NCBI GenBank assembly: GCA_905178155.1
Contig: CAJINV010000016.1
Location: forward strand, 959,386 to 1,023,385
From: Amoebophrya sp. A120
Taxonomy: Eukaryota; Protista; Dinoflagellata
Length of the DNA stretch: 64,000 bases
Reading direction: 5' to 3'
Part shown: piece after piece, positions 24,078 to 37,694 of the stretch
How the letters are laid out: each line of letters opens with the position of its first letter
Position numbering within the stretch: position 1 is the stretch's first letter
Made by a program: the position numbers and the translations under genes
The notes under the pieces: model-generated
What the model was told of the DNA's origin: nothing
The model's input: the letters and a program-made list of their open reading frames with translations, nothing else
Database searches by the model: none

Positions 24078-26011
24078 TACCAATGCCTTTCTGTTTGTTG
24101 TACTTGAAATCGGTTAAGAGCTAACATTGACCACATATCGCTCGATAACGACCCCAAAAACATCACAGATTTTCTTGCCGACAAGAACTCATGTTTTTTC
24201 CTTTGTAACACATAAAGAACTTGACTTTTCACCTAGCGCAGTTCTATCTTTTTCAGTCTCCTCTCCCAAATAATTTTGTCTCAAGTTTTCATCACACATC
24301 CTTATTTTGTATTTGCTGTCCCCAGCAGCAGCATAGAGCGGTTTCTCTTTATAATTCCTGTCTCCCAACAGGTAATCTCCACCAATGTCATTCTCATTCC
24401 TCATCAAGAACAGGCTCGCTATAACAAGGCGCGTACAGTAAAGAGAGTTGTAAAATAACAGAAGAACAGCCTGGTCTTTTCCCTAAACAACTGTGAATCC
24501 CTCGCCGCAACATGAACAAGAAGAACTATCGAAGAATCTAAATCATCTATCGCTGGGCCATCGTCGTTACGACACTCACCTGGTGTAGTGTCACCGAGAG
24601 CCGGTCGAGGTGGTAAGTAGCTTGTTCGTGCTTCTCCTGACCCAAGGGGGCCCTGTTTGTCAATGATAATCAGTTGTAAGCTGCAATGCCAGTGATCCTG
24701 ATCCGCTTCCGCATGCATGGAGCAGTTGTAGGTGGAAGAGATGAGTCCGTGTCTTGCTGTTCAAGTCGGTAGCACTAGCAATTGTGCAAGCATGAAGATG
24801 AGGAACTGTGCCCGTTCCTGCAGCAGCTGTAAGTAGCCCCAGGAGCTGCAGCAGATCATTTCGGTTAATTGATTGTACAGATGGCGGTAGCTGCAACATC
24901 CACTACATGGGTCTGATTTTGATTCTGATCAGGTGCCTGTTGTCTTATTGGTCCTGTCTCCTGCTGGTGATGCTCTTGCTCTCTGAATTTCTGCGATCTC
25001 ATCCATGTGGCCGCGTCGTGCTAATATTGTTGTACTTCTCGCAGTCGCATTTTTGATGCTCAGTACAGTTGTAAGTAATGTTGTTCCTCCTGTCAGTGTG
25101 AAGAGCAGAAGAAAAGTCTGTAATCGTGCAGCAGCATGTCATCAACATCTTCTGCAATGGATCGGTGACAAAAAAGGATCTGCATACCTCAAGGAGTCGG
25201 TCCTTCGCATAACGCTAAGACGCATTTGCTGTGAACGAGAATGATCATGATAGGTGCGAATATATAATTGATATTTTATTTATTTAATTTTTTGGTGCTA
25301 CTGTGGCTTCGGGTACTAGTTGTCTACTGGGTTCTAGTACAAGCGCCGCATTTCATCTATGACAATCACTCTTGGAAGAATGCAGGTATGAACCCCGTCA
25401 GATGAAAATGAATCGCGAATATTAAATGCCGCAGCCACAAAGACAAGCCTAAACCTATCCACCATAAAAATACGACCTTCTCAACTTCAGAAAATTCACA
25501 CTAGTGTAGCCTCATGTCGTACCCATTTCTATTTCAGTCGAACCTATTATGTTGATCTAGTGCCAGCATGCATAATTCCAACTCCTACTGTACAATAAAT
25601 CGCCCGGCGCAGCCAGTACATAAACAGCGATAGCTGGTGGTGTGCAAAAACTTATTTCGGTCGTGATCGTGAAGCAATAGGACCAGGAGAGCAATTGGAT
25701 TTTTTTGCTTGTTCTCATTCAGGTCAACGGGAACCAGAACCACTCCAGCGAAGAGTTCGAGACTCCGTCCGGAAATATTTCGAAGTGAAATTGATATGGA
25801 AGATTTCCATTGCTTCATTTGACCTATCCACCTGTTTCCCTGGATTTGAGATTCGCTAAAAGTTTAAGAAGCTTTACTTTTTACCTCCATAGTTTTTTCC
25901 CCGGACAGATAAAAGTAAAACCACCTTCCAAAGGAACGTGATATTCTTAAAACGATGTGAGCGTGATGAAGTAGTTCGCTCTTTGTCGTACTACCTGGTC
26001 ACTCACTTTAA

Positions 26012-29000
26012 ATGAACGGTAAAGTAAGAATAACGATGTCGACGTCGGTTCCTGCTTTGGTGGACGAGAGTGACACTATCGTGCCCGCGGTGGCCGCAAG
26101 ACCAAATTCGTCATCGAACACTGGTGACTACAATTTCGAAGTGATCGCCTTCTCCTGGGGCGACAATACCTCGAAGCAACTCTTGTCGACTGCGACGAGC
26201 TTGAGTTCGTCTTCCTCTCCATCCCTCTCGAATTTTTATGGAAATAAATCAGCAATAAAAAATCAAAGTACCACGACACCCACCACGGACCAAGAGACCA
26301 CGTCGACGAGCCAACATTTGACAGCGACTAAAATCGACCACCTGGCTGGTAACGCGGAGGCGACTTTGTTCCTGAAAAACGAGAAGCCGCACTTTGTCGG
26401 GCGGAACATCCTTTTTCGCGAGGACGAAGACGACACGGAGTATTTTGAGGAACAAAACCATGCGCGGATTGATCTGGAAGAATTTCAAAACATCAAAGTG
26501 GCCGCTTTGGCTGCGGGAGACCAACACTTTCTCGCGCTGTCCGACCAGGGGTTCGTCTTCAGTTGGGCCTGCAACAACGAGTTCGGTCAGTGTGGGCGGA
26601 GCGGGGGCGTCTCCACGAAGAAGCAACTTCCCCAAGTGGTAAATTTCGGAAAGTCCAACGCGGAAGTTATGCGGAAAAGCTTCGCTGACGGTACGAAAAC
26701 ACATCTGATCGTCCCGGCTCCGACGTATAATTTTTCCAGCACGATTTCCTTCCGCGCCAAGCAAATCGCCTGCGGCGAGAATCACTCGCTGATTCTCACC
26801 GAGGCCGGCGAAGTCTACAGCTTTGGGTCGAACGTGCACGGACAGTGCGGGATCTACTACTCCAGTCAGGACCTGCACCGCGCCGTCGCGAGCTATGCCA
26901 AGACACCGGGCAACGACTCGATACAACAAGACGGATCCTGCTCCTCGCAATTGATCCTGAATGAGACGCTGACGCCGAACTTTTACGCGTTGCCGGATAA
27001 TGTGGATTTTCTCCGACGCATATGCATTGCAAAAGCATCGTAGTAGTACAAATTGCATTACAAATTAGCTCAGCACGACAAATGCAATTTGTAATGCGGT
27101 TTTACCTTAGGAAAAAGATTTGTCATGTCGATTTGCAATTAGTACGAGTGCGATACTTTTGCAGAGCATAACGCAACCCGCACTACAAGTACCCCGGACC
27201 ACTTCTGGGCCCGCACGTGCAGTTTAGCAACTCTTGGAACGAAAAAAACTTCTCCCCGGCTGCCTCCCCACCGCTGACGATCGAAACGCCGATATCCTGA
27301 GTAAAAACGGTCCCACACCAGAGTCAAGTTGCGAATCTAGCAACACAAGTCCGCAAGTTTTGGGAGCTGTGCATGACAAGTTTCCCTCTGCAGTGTATTG
27401 CTGGTTGGAAAGGGAAGCCGCATGAGAAAGCCACTTTCTCATTCTGTTTACAGCATTACAAATATAAAAACACGACTGCAAATTCCTCTCATGAAGATGC
27501 GCATCACAAATGTTCCTTTCATTGCACGTTTGCATGACAACTCTGGGGTGGGGACGTGTTTACAAATGATATCCGATGCGGGTGGAAGGCCGGCTGAATT
27601 CCTTACCCGTCCGGCAGATCGTATGGTAGTGTCAGGATTGAAATCGACAAAGTTGAAACGGTTTGTCATGCATAAAATCGATGCCAGTTGTAACCCAGCT
27701 TCCAAGTGGCACATGACAAATTTGGGTAGAACCGAAATGCAGTTTGTCATGCTGTTTGGGTAAGGAAGACGCCTGCTGTCATGCTACTTTAGCGGTTCTA
27801 TTTCTACCCCTAAACAGGCTTGCAATCTGCTTCCCTTGCGTCCTCTACAGTAGAGATACTTTTTGCGTTGCATTTTATGCATCACAAACTATTTCAACTT
27901 TGACGATTTCAAACCTGACGCTTTCATAGATCGCCTGCGGCCGGCACCACAGTTTAGCGGTGTCGATATCCGGCAACGCATTCTCGTGGGGGTCGAACCG
28001 GCGGGGCCAGCTGGGCTCGGGAGACGACAGCATCAAGAAATCTTTCCACCCCCAGCCGGTGTTTCTCTCCCACAACAACTGCCGGTCTCTGGCCGGCGGC
28101 GGGCAGCACAGCGCGTTTGTCCTCTTCAAGGGGTCTTTGTTTCTCTGCGGCGACAACAGTTTTGGGCAGTTGGGGCAAGATGTGAACGAGATTGCCACCA
28201 CCTCGGTGCCGCTGGAGGTGCCGTTTGGGGACAACTACGACCTGTACGTACGGGGCGTGTCGTTGGGCGACAGACACTCCATAGCCTTGTCGGTGGACAA
28301 TAAGATCTTCGCCTGGGGGCGGAATGTGGAAGGCCAAGTGACCGGGATGGTCGATCGAGTGGAGAAAATGAGCGAAAGGGAAGTAGGAGCTGCGTCAGGA
28401 ATGAATATGGAAGTGGATCAAGATGCATCAAATGGCGATAATAAAGCACTAGGAGTGGATGAAAACACGACGACCAGCGGCGCGACTACACATTTCGACA
28501 TGGTTCCTTGGCCGGTGCATATTCCACTCGAGTCACTTTGCCGCCCATCTTCTTCGCAAGGAAGTTCTGGTGCGGCAGATGGAGCAAACGTCGGCGCGTC
28601 GGGATCTACTTCACAGCCTGCTCTGGTTTCATCTGACATGCGCGTGCGGGAGATTTTTGCAGTCGCGGACCACACGATCGTGTTGGCTGAGAGGGAGATT
28701 GTGGCAGATGATGAGGAGCCTGTCATGCGAAAGAACATGAAAAACAACGGCGACTTGGACAATCCAGATGCCATAGCCGATGAAGATCCCGTGGAAGAGC
28801 TGGAGGTTGGGAAGAAAGACCACGAGGGTGATATTGCCATGGTACCCGTGCAGGAGGTAAGTATTTTGATTTTACTTGTATGAGGAGATTTATTTCTCCG
28901 AGTGCTGTAAGTCAGAACATGAGCGAACAAGAATGAGTTTAGTTCGAGCCTGTTTGATGTCATAGGAGCTGCAACAAAAAGAACAACTACTTTTCATACG

Positions 29001-32000
29001 AAGAATAAAAGAAACTTAAACTTCACCTTCGCCTCTACATCTCAGGTGGACAGCAGCACCGGCATCACGACCTCCAAGCGGCGACGTATCACCCGCGGGT
29101 CCGCGACAATCGATGCCAGACAAGCTGTATGAAATGCAAAAGCATCGTCCTACTATAAATTGCATTACAAATTAGCTCAGCATTAGCATTACAAATGAAG
29201 TTTGTAATGCTGTTTTACCTATATCTTGAGATTTGTCATGCATAACAGCAATTACTACGAGTGCGATACTTTTGCAATTCATAAGGTGACGAGTTTAAGG
29301 AAATTGCAAAAAAGGCCTTCGAAACCGCGATGCTCTCCAGCCCTATACCAAATGTAAAAATGTCTGGGTCTGGAAACTTGTGATGCTGGGCGGCGTCTCA
29401 TGATAAGGCTACAGATGCTGGCTCAGCATGACAAGTTTCTGAGCTCCTAGGTGTTGCCTATTCTGCATGACAAACTGCGCTTCTGCATCACAGAAAAGCG
29501 AAGCTCTTGGGTAACGTGCATGACAGACTTAAGAGTCATGCCAGACAAGCATGACAAACATGAATTCTTCCAGACCCAGACATTTTTACAGTTGATACCC
29601 TACGCCCAGCGCCGAAATTCTTGCCAAGATGAAGAATAGCTCCAAGAACCAGAGTGCGGAACAGCAGGAAAAGGACAGCGCGCTTTTCACGCGGAGGCTG
29701 AGTCGCGCGACGAGCGAAAGTGTCAAGCAATTGCGGAGCAACTCTGCAAGTTTGGAGGGCGCAACAAGTACTACAGGTGGAGGTGGCCAAACCACAGCGA
29801 GAACAAGCGGTGGACCAAATACAACAACAGCTACTGGCGGTGGGAATCCGTCGCCAAACTTGCTTTCCATCATGCAGCCGCCGGGCTTCGAAGACATTCA
29901 GTACTACAGTTCAACATCGAGGGCGGGGACGAATCAGGGAGAACATCAAGGCGACACTGGAACAGGAATGACAGCTGCATCAGCGCCGGGCACAACAACT
30001 ACTGCTAGTACTACTTCTAGAATCTTGTTGCCAACTAATGGCGCCGCCGCGGCCATTGATCAAGCGGCTTCTAGTTCTAGCGCAAGCGGAAGCGCACCCT
30101 CCAGACCACCCGTGCAGCTACCGCCTCTCGGAGAGCTGCAGCAGCAGGAGCCAGCCTTCGCACCGCGATCCCGGTCAGGCTTAGGTAGCGCCGGGATTAA
30201 CAACGAGGAGATTCCAGCAGCGAACACTACCGCGGATCATGTCCGGCAAAAATCGTTTAAGAGGCCGCTGCAGGGGGATGACCAACTTCATGATGAAGAA
30301 GCCTCCGGGCAGCTGACGAGAGAAAAAGATCCAGAGAGCAACTTCCTCCCGAGGCATTTCTCCCGGGGCTGCAGCAGTGAGCAGGCCGATGCGATCAACA
30401 AACTGGTCGAAAGTGACAAAGCTCTACAGCTCCCCCACACGCTTTCCGCGCCGAGAATTACGGCGAACAGCTCGGGTTCCTCCGTTCTGTATCAGAAGCA
30501 CCAGCAGCATAATACTATCCTGGCAGCGACCACCCGGAAGAACAAGCTGACTCTTCCCGGCAACTCGGAGTCGATTCATTTCTACAGCCTGGAAAACGCG
30601 TTTTTTTCCTCGTTCGCGGCAAGTACCAATTCCCTCCTCTCCGCGAACAAAGAGAAAGAAATTCTGGAATTCGAGCAGACCCTGATCGGCGCCTTTTCCC
30701 GCCCGTCGGTCCTGAGTTGCTGCTTCGTGTTTCATATGAACTTGAACTGCAAAAGTATCGTACTCGTACTAATCGCATTCATGCACTACAAATTTCTTTC
30801 TCAGGGTCAGGTTAAATCCGCATTACAAATTTTCTTTTTCATGCTGAAGAAATTTGTCATGCGATTTATAGATACTAAAAGACGCTGCTTTTGCATTTCA
30901 TATTTCAGGGCTTGAGCACGCCGAAATTAGACGTGGACGGCTTTATCGCGGGCACCGCTGAAATCTGGAACCTTCTCGGGGAAGCGAGAAGATGGTTCTC
31001 GAATAGTATTGGTACTGGTCCTCGTGCTGCTGGGTTGTCATCTTCGTCGTCGTTCTTGAATGCCAAACAGCCCCCTACTTCTCAGCCGTTCAACCACGCG
31101 GTACTAAACGGCGCTGCCGCACCATCTTTTTCCTCCACGGGCAGACCACTGAATGTGGTGCAGAATGCGTCTTCCGCGTCCTCTCTTGCAGGTAGTACTA
31201 GCGCGATAGGAGTTGTTCATCCGGCGAGCGGGAATATTAACACCACAGAGATAAACGAGGAACAGCTGGAGTTGCGGTCCAACCAGAACCACCCAGTAGT
31301 TGCAGCAGCAGCAGCTCCTGGAGGTCCTGCAGCTGGTGCAAATGCAATGGTCAACCTAGTGAATGTGAATAATAACAGCCTGCCATCCGTGGTGGAAGCG
31401 GCCGATGAATTTGAGGAGGAGCAGGAGGTAGAATTACTCGACAGAAAACAGTCCGCACACGTGCCGGGGATAAGCGATGAGATAGACAACGACGTTTCCT
31501 CGGATGGTATGATGAACAGAAGTGGCAACTTGATAGAAGACCACGGTGATAATCATGATCCTATCAATGCCGCGGCCGGATCCAATTTCAGCTTGGTCGA
31601 ACAGCGTACAGTTCCAGAGCAGCAAGAGAACAACCCGCAGGAGCTGACGAACAACCTGCTTCCAGCAGGACTACAATTACAAACAGACAACGACTTTTCA
31701 CCACACTCAGCTCCACTGCTACCACCATCGTCGAACAAGTTCGAGTATGAGTACCAAAAGTGCCTGCTACTTCTCGAGGAAACTGTTTTCTTCAACTGGC
31801 TGTTTGCCATCCAGCAGGGCCTCGAGCGCATGCAGCCGTCGAATTTGGAAAAGAGAGACCAGCTGCGGACGCTGGTTTTGTACCTGTTATGTCCTGTCTG
31901 GGACACGGCGGGGTCAAATTTAGACACGGAGCTGAACTCGGCATTAGAAAACAACGACGAACAGAACAGCCTGGAAAACCTCTACAACCGTCTCCCCTCT

Positions 32001-35000
32001 TTGATCGATATCACGCGAAAGACGAAATCGGACTTGGCGCGAACACTGTCCGGGCAAAGCGCGTCGGAGGTGGTCGGAGGGGGTGGTGGTGGTGGTAAAA
32101 AACAGGGTAGTACAACAGCTTCTGATATGCTTGGCGGCCCCACTCCTGCCACTGCGTTCGCTACCACGGCGACCAGTAGTAGAGTGCCCAGTGGAACATC
32201 AGGCAACGAGGAGGATCATGGCAACGTAGCTATTTCTGCGAGCAATCATCCTCCTACACGGCCCGCCCTGGTGCGGGCGGACTCCTCGAATGAAGGCTCC
32301 AACCAGCAAGAAACACAAAGACAAACTCCAAAAGCCACCCAGGCCTCCAACTCATCCGAGCAGGACCAGCTGCCCAGCCCAGCGGACCAGCATTTTACAG
32401 CGATCGAAAAGCAGCGCGAGGACTTGTTGGTAAAAACGTTTAAGCTGCTGATGAAGACCATCATGTGGCTGCCCAAGCCGTCCAAAATCGAGTTTCTACA
32501 CATCCTGCGCCAGGAGCTGACTGCGTTCGCCTTCGAGCACCGGCTGCTGAAAAGCATGCAGTATGCATTGCAAAAGCACTGTACTCGTATAAATGCATTA
32601 CAAGTTTCCTCAGTGTGTTGAGAAATAAAATTTGTAATGCGGATCTACCTTTAAGAATTCGATTTGTAATGCATGACTGCAATTACTACGATTGTGATGC
32701 TTTTGCAGTTCATATGCAGCGCATGGCGCGCGTGATGTACTTCAAGAAGGGACACTTTATGGAGAAAGCCGTCCAGACCCACAACGGCGCCCAGGCCTAC
32801 ATTCTCAACTATCAAATGCAACTATGTCTGGGTCTGGAAACTTGTGATGCTAAAATTTGCATGATGGAAACACTTCCGAATGCAGACCAGCATGACAACT
32901 TTCCGGAGCACCTTCTCATACTAGGCAGCCCGCATGAGAAGCTGCGTTTTTGAATGACAAAAATGGGCGCGGCTTTTGTCGGTTATGCAGTACAGATTTC
33001 CCAGGAATGTAAAGCTAGCATTACTCCACCAGACCCAGACACTTTTGCATCTGATATCAACATTGACGAGTCGATTTGGCACCACGTGTACCTCCTGGAC
33101 ATGATATTGAAAGGAAAAATGCCCCCCCCCACATCGAGACGAAGTTTCTGATGCTGGATTTCCGTACACAAATCGGATTTGTCTTGCAGTAGAGCACTGC
33201 AGGCATATGGCAAGCCTGAGCTGAGAGGTTTTGACTTAGGCGCCTAGCATGACAAACGTCTATGCTGTAAGCCGAGCAGCATCGCAAACCGCCTGCATAG
33301 TGTGGCGGTCTCTCTGGGCTTGCCCTCTTGCAAGACAGACATGATTTCTGGCCACAAACCCGCATGACAAATTTTCAGACGGATGCGCTTCCAATATGGG
33401 GAGGGGGGATTTTTCCTCGCAATACATGATTTACGTGAGCGCGCTGCCGTACCTTGCGAAGGGTAAAATTCGGCGGGAGTCTTTCCATCTAAACGTGCTC
33501 CTCGAGCCGAAACCACCGGAAGACGACGAAAACACGGCCGACTACAGGAGGCGAGGAGCAAGAAGTAGACAGGGGACAGCAGCAGGACCTCCCGCACAGG
33601 GAGCTGCAAATCAAAATCCAAACGCTGGCGCTGCTGGTGCGCATCAGAATCAACAAGGAAACCCAAATATGGTAGGGCGAGGAGGGGCCGCTGCTGCAGC
33701 GGGTTTCATGTCCTTCCCGGGTAGTGCGCCGGGTGGAGGTTCTACTAGTAGTGCTGCGCCCTCGTCTACAGGACCACCTCCAGGAGGACCCGTTCTTGGA
33801 GGACCCCCGGCGCCCAACCCCCAGATGCAGATGAGCAACCACATTCACCGATCCCCCTCCTCCGAATCCAACGCGTCGGCGGGTCAAACGCCGACTGGCG
33901 CTGCTGCCGGAACTACGGGCCAGCATCTTCAGACGGTTTCCCAAGGGCCGCAGGTTTATTTTCACACGTTGGTCCCACCGGAGGCGGACCTGTACATGTT
34001 TGCGCAGTATCCAAGAAAAAAAGATTGTAGGTGTAACTTTCTTGGAGGATCAGCATTACAAATACCTCTGGCATGACAGCAAAAACTTGTCATGCGTAGA
34101 TAGTACGTGAAAACGCCCTTGAGTGGACACTACAATGCATGCCGAGCATGACAGACGTGATCATCTTGCATGTTGCGCATCACAAATTTACACTAGCGCC
34201 GTTTTTCTTCTTCGATACGCAGTATTCGAAGAACAAGCCGATCAAACCGCAAGACTTTCTCGACGTCAGCCACCACTTCGACAAGGCCAACCCTTTTTGC
34301 GGCGTCCCGAGACATATGCATTTCAAAAGCATCGTACTAGTATAAATCGCATGACAAGTTCCCTCAGCATGAAAAATGGAATTTGTAATGCGGATTTAGG
34401 TTAGGAGGGAGATTTGTAATGCATGACTGCGATTACTTTTAATACGAGTACGATACTTTTGCAATGCATCAGACAGATCATGAGCTTCATCGCCCATCCA
34501 CATTTGTGTCCGACAAAATACAAGCAGAAAGTGCTGGAGGTGCAGAATGCCATGCAGCACGAGCTCGTGGCGCAACGGTCGATGCAACAGGGCTTGATCA
34601 CCGCTCTGGCGAGCGGGAATTTGGATCCGCACAACCTGACCCGCGACATGCTGGTCGCGTTGACCCACTTTGTCTTGGAAGTGCGGAGAGACAACCTCGT
34701 GCACGACTGCTTCCGGGAGCTGGAGAAGGCCACAGAGGCGGACCTGCAGCGGCCGCTGAAGATCAAATTCAAGGGAGAAGAAGGCTTGGATGACGGGGGG
34801 CTCACGAAGGAGTTTTTCCGGCTTTTGTCCACTGAGGTCTTTTCCGCGGCGTACGGGATGTTTCAAGAGGTCGAGGGGACGCGCGCGGTGTGGTTCAACC
34901 TCTCGGCTTACGATGTGGGACTCACCGCGGAAGACTTCAAGAACATCGGGAAGATCCTCGGACTTGCGGTGTACAACAACGTGCAGGGGTTGAATCTGAA

Positions 35001-36681
35001 TTTTCCAAAACTCTTCTTCAAAAAGTTGGTCTCGGAACCCGTCGATCGAACGATCGACTTGGAGCAGATTTACCCGACCTACGCCACCTCCATCGACGCG
35101 ATCCTGAACTGGCGCCCGAGCCCCGCCGATCTCCCCATCCACCAAGCGAACCAGCAGTTCGACGACACCTTCTGCCTGGATTTCTCGGTCAGCTACAAGA
35201 ACGCCTTTGACCAGAACATCACGGTGGAATTGTGCGAAAACGGGCTGAAAAAAACGGTGAACTACGAAAACCGCGAGTACTTCGTCGATTTATTGTCGGA
35301 GTTTCTGTTGAACAAGCAATGCGAGAAGTTCGTGGACCCACTGAAGCAGGGGTTTCAAACCGTGTGCAACGAACGGTCGGCGATCGCCGGCACCCTGTTT
35401 TCGGATGAACTGCAGCTGATCGTCGGGGGGGAGCGAGTGCTGGACTTCGACGCTTTGAAGGAGGGGACCACGTACATAGGCTTTGACCGGGACTCGGACT
35501 TTATCAAGAATTTCTGGTCCGTCCTACGAAACTACTCGCTCGAGAGAAAGTATGGAAGCGTCAGGTTTGAAATCGTCAAAGTTGAAATAATTTGTAATGC
35601 GTAAAATGCATGACCCGCGGCACGTGTGTTGCAGGGCAGGCAAGTGAGGCCGAGTGTAAGCCTGTTTGGGGCTACAGCTCGAGCTGCTAAAGTAGCATGA
35701 GAAAATCACTCTTCTTTGCCTAAACAGCATATAACAAACTGGATTTAGGGACAGCCGAAATTTGTCATGCGCCACTTAGAAACTGGGTTCCAATTGGCAT
35801 CCATTTTATGCATTACAAATTATTTTAACTTTGACGATTTCAAACCTGACGCTTCCATAGAAAGCGGGCGTTCTTGGATTTTGTAACGGGGAGCGACATT
35901 CCGCCGATCGGTGGACTGAAGGAACTACAGCTGAAAATCCAGAAGAACGGCGAGGAGCCCATATTACAATGAAAAATGCCCCTCCCATATCGAAATTCGA
36001 TGTTTCTAATGCTGGATTTCCGTACACAGATCGGATTTGTGTTGCAGTAGAGAGCTGCAGGCCTATGCCAAGCCTGAGCCGAGAGGTTTTGACTTCGGTG
36101 CCTAGCATGACAAACGTCTATGCTGTAAGCCGAGCAGCATCACAAACAGCCTGCATAACGTGGCGGACGCTCTGGGCTTGCCCTCTTGCAAGACGGGCAG
36201 GATTTGTGGTCACAAATTTGCATCACAAATCTGAGGCGGATGCGCTTTGAATATGGGGAGGGCGGATTTTTCCTCGCAATAGCCCACGACGCGACTCCCG
36301 ACGAGCCACACTTGCTACAACATTTTGCTTATCAAGTGCAAAAATGTCTGGGTCTGGAAGGATGTAACTTGTGATGCTGCATTTGGATTCCAGAAAAATC
36401 TGCATTGCATGAGTACCAAAAGGAATGTAATTTTTGCTACGCGGAGAGGGCATTTGTCATGCGGAGTAGGCATCAAGAAGCTCTAAAAAAATCTGTGGCG
36501 CTAGGGCATGCATCACAGGCATCAGGGCTCATGCAAAACGTGCATGACAAGTGTCAGAATCTTCCAGACCCAGACACTTTTACAGTTCATATTGCTCTTA
36601 CCGGAGTACAGCTCGCGCACAAAGCTGGACCGGCTTTTGCGGATCGCAATTTCCAACGCAGAAGGCTTCGGGATGGAATAA
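26012..36681 (+). CDS. HERC-like E3 ubiquitin ligase (RCC1 repeats + C-terminal HECT domain); 14 introners plus one GT-AG intron (28857-29045)
   Basis: RCC1 repeats (IACGENHSLILT..GEVYSFGSN.HGQCG; IACGRHHSLAV). HECT motifs LEVRRDNLV, FKGEEGLDDGGLTKEFF, FVTGS, catalytic RLPTSHTCYNILLLPEY, ending EGFGME*. Confidence 0.92.
27021..27170. mobile_element. Introner family A
   Basis: TSD ACGCA. Confidence 0.9.
27293..27571. mobile_element. Introner family C
   Basis: TSD GCCGA/TCCGA. Confidence 0.88.
27622..27928. mobile_element. Introner family E
   Basis: TSD GATCG; splits RCC1 motif QI|ACGRHH. Confidence 0.92.
29128..29283. mobile_element. Introner family A
   Basis: TSD AGCTG/AGGTG. Confidence 0.88.
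29346..29597. mobile_element. Introner family B (starts TAC)
   Basis: TSD CCCTA. Confidence 0.88.
30735..30902. mobile_element. Introner family A
   Basis: TSD TTTCA. Confidence 0.88.
32562..32714. mobile_element. Introner family A
   Basis: TSD TGCAG. Confidence 0.9.
32810..33056. mobile_element. Introner family B
   Basis: TSD TCAAC. Confidence 0.9.
33105..33424. mobile_element. Introner family D
   Basis: TSD CATGA. Confidence 0.9.
34008..34217. mobile_element. Introner family F
   Basis: TSD CGCAG. Confidence 0.9.
34315..34470. mobile_element. Introner family A (ends ATC)
   Basis: TSD AGACA. Confidence 0.9.
35551..35859. mobile_element. Introner family E
   Basis: TSD GAAAG; near-perfect TIR of more than 35 bp. 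Confidence 0.93.
35962..36281. mobile_element. Introner family D
   Basis: TSD GCCCA. Confidence 0.92.
36330..36591. mobile_element. Introner family B
   Basis: TSD TTGCT. Confidence 0.92.
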
Positions 36682-37694
36682 ACAGATTGCTGCATAGTGA
36701 TGTAACACAAACACTCCGAGAATGAAGTGGCTGTCATAGTAAACACAAACACCAGAGACTCCTGAAACCCAATATCGCCACTCCTGCCCCTTTGAATGAT
36801 GTCGCATCGCCTGGAACATTTCTTATTATTGTTCGTCATCTTCTTCTTCAGGAAAAGCAAAAGATAAGGCAACCTCTTGTTGGCTGCATGTTGTGATGTC
36901 GCTGTCGCAACTTCCCGCTAGTCCAGCCTCCTACGTGCCCGTACTGAATGTTGGCATTTTATTTTGCCCTTCACAAAACCATAACCAACACATAGCAGCT
37001 TCGGTTTCGAGCTCTAACATCAAATCACTATGAGTCCTCGGTGTTGTGTCTCGTACTTCTACTCGTTGCTATGTGCTTGATCTTGATAAATCTGTCGAGC
37101 AGGCCAGGATACAAGTACTCAAACTCGGTTGTTTTTTTTTCGTTTTTTGCAGATCGTGCACGAGACAACTGTAAACTGAAATAAAACCAATGTAAGCTGT
37201 ACATCGGTCGTTTTTTCGTGATGTGGTCGAGAAAATCGTGCAAAAACATCATCAAAATCGTCCCACCGAAGAACTCCGTCGCCCTCACCACGTCCTTCGA
37301 TGTTGTAAAGCCTATCTGGGCAGATGAAGCTAGCTGCATTAAATTTTTGGCGTGTTTAGGTGTAAAAGTAGCGTCTTAAAAAATAAAATCTGGGTATAAA
37401 AAGATATCACCAGTTGTTATCCAGGCCCCGCTACGCCTCAGCCGCTCTCCGATACTGCACATAAAACAAAGTAGAGCAGATCTTTCATCATGTGACGATG
37501 CTTATCTGGCCAAGAACCTAGCAATTTCGCATCGCCTGGATATTGTTGTTGCTACCCGGAAAGGAACTTCTTTACCCGCACAAAAAAGTTTCTTCGCCAG
37601 CTCGCACTAGCGGCGCAATTTGATTACCTCCCCAAGGACTACGTACATCAAGACGGTACATCTATCTTCGGTAGTTTATAATACATAAATCAAA

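Noticed and set aside
24100-25250. Possible minus-strand gene
   Set aside because: Only short, stop-interrupted low-complexity frames with no recognisable domain; at most a pseudogene
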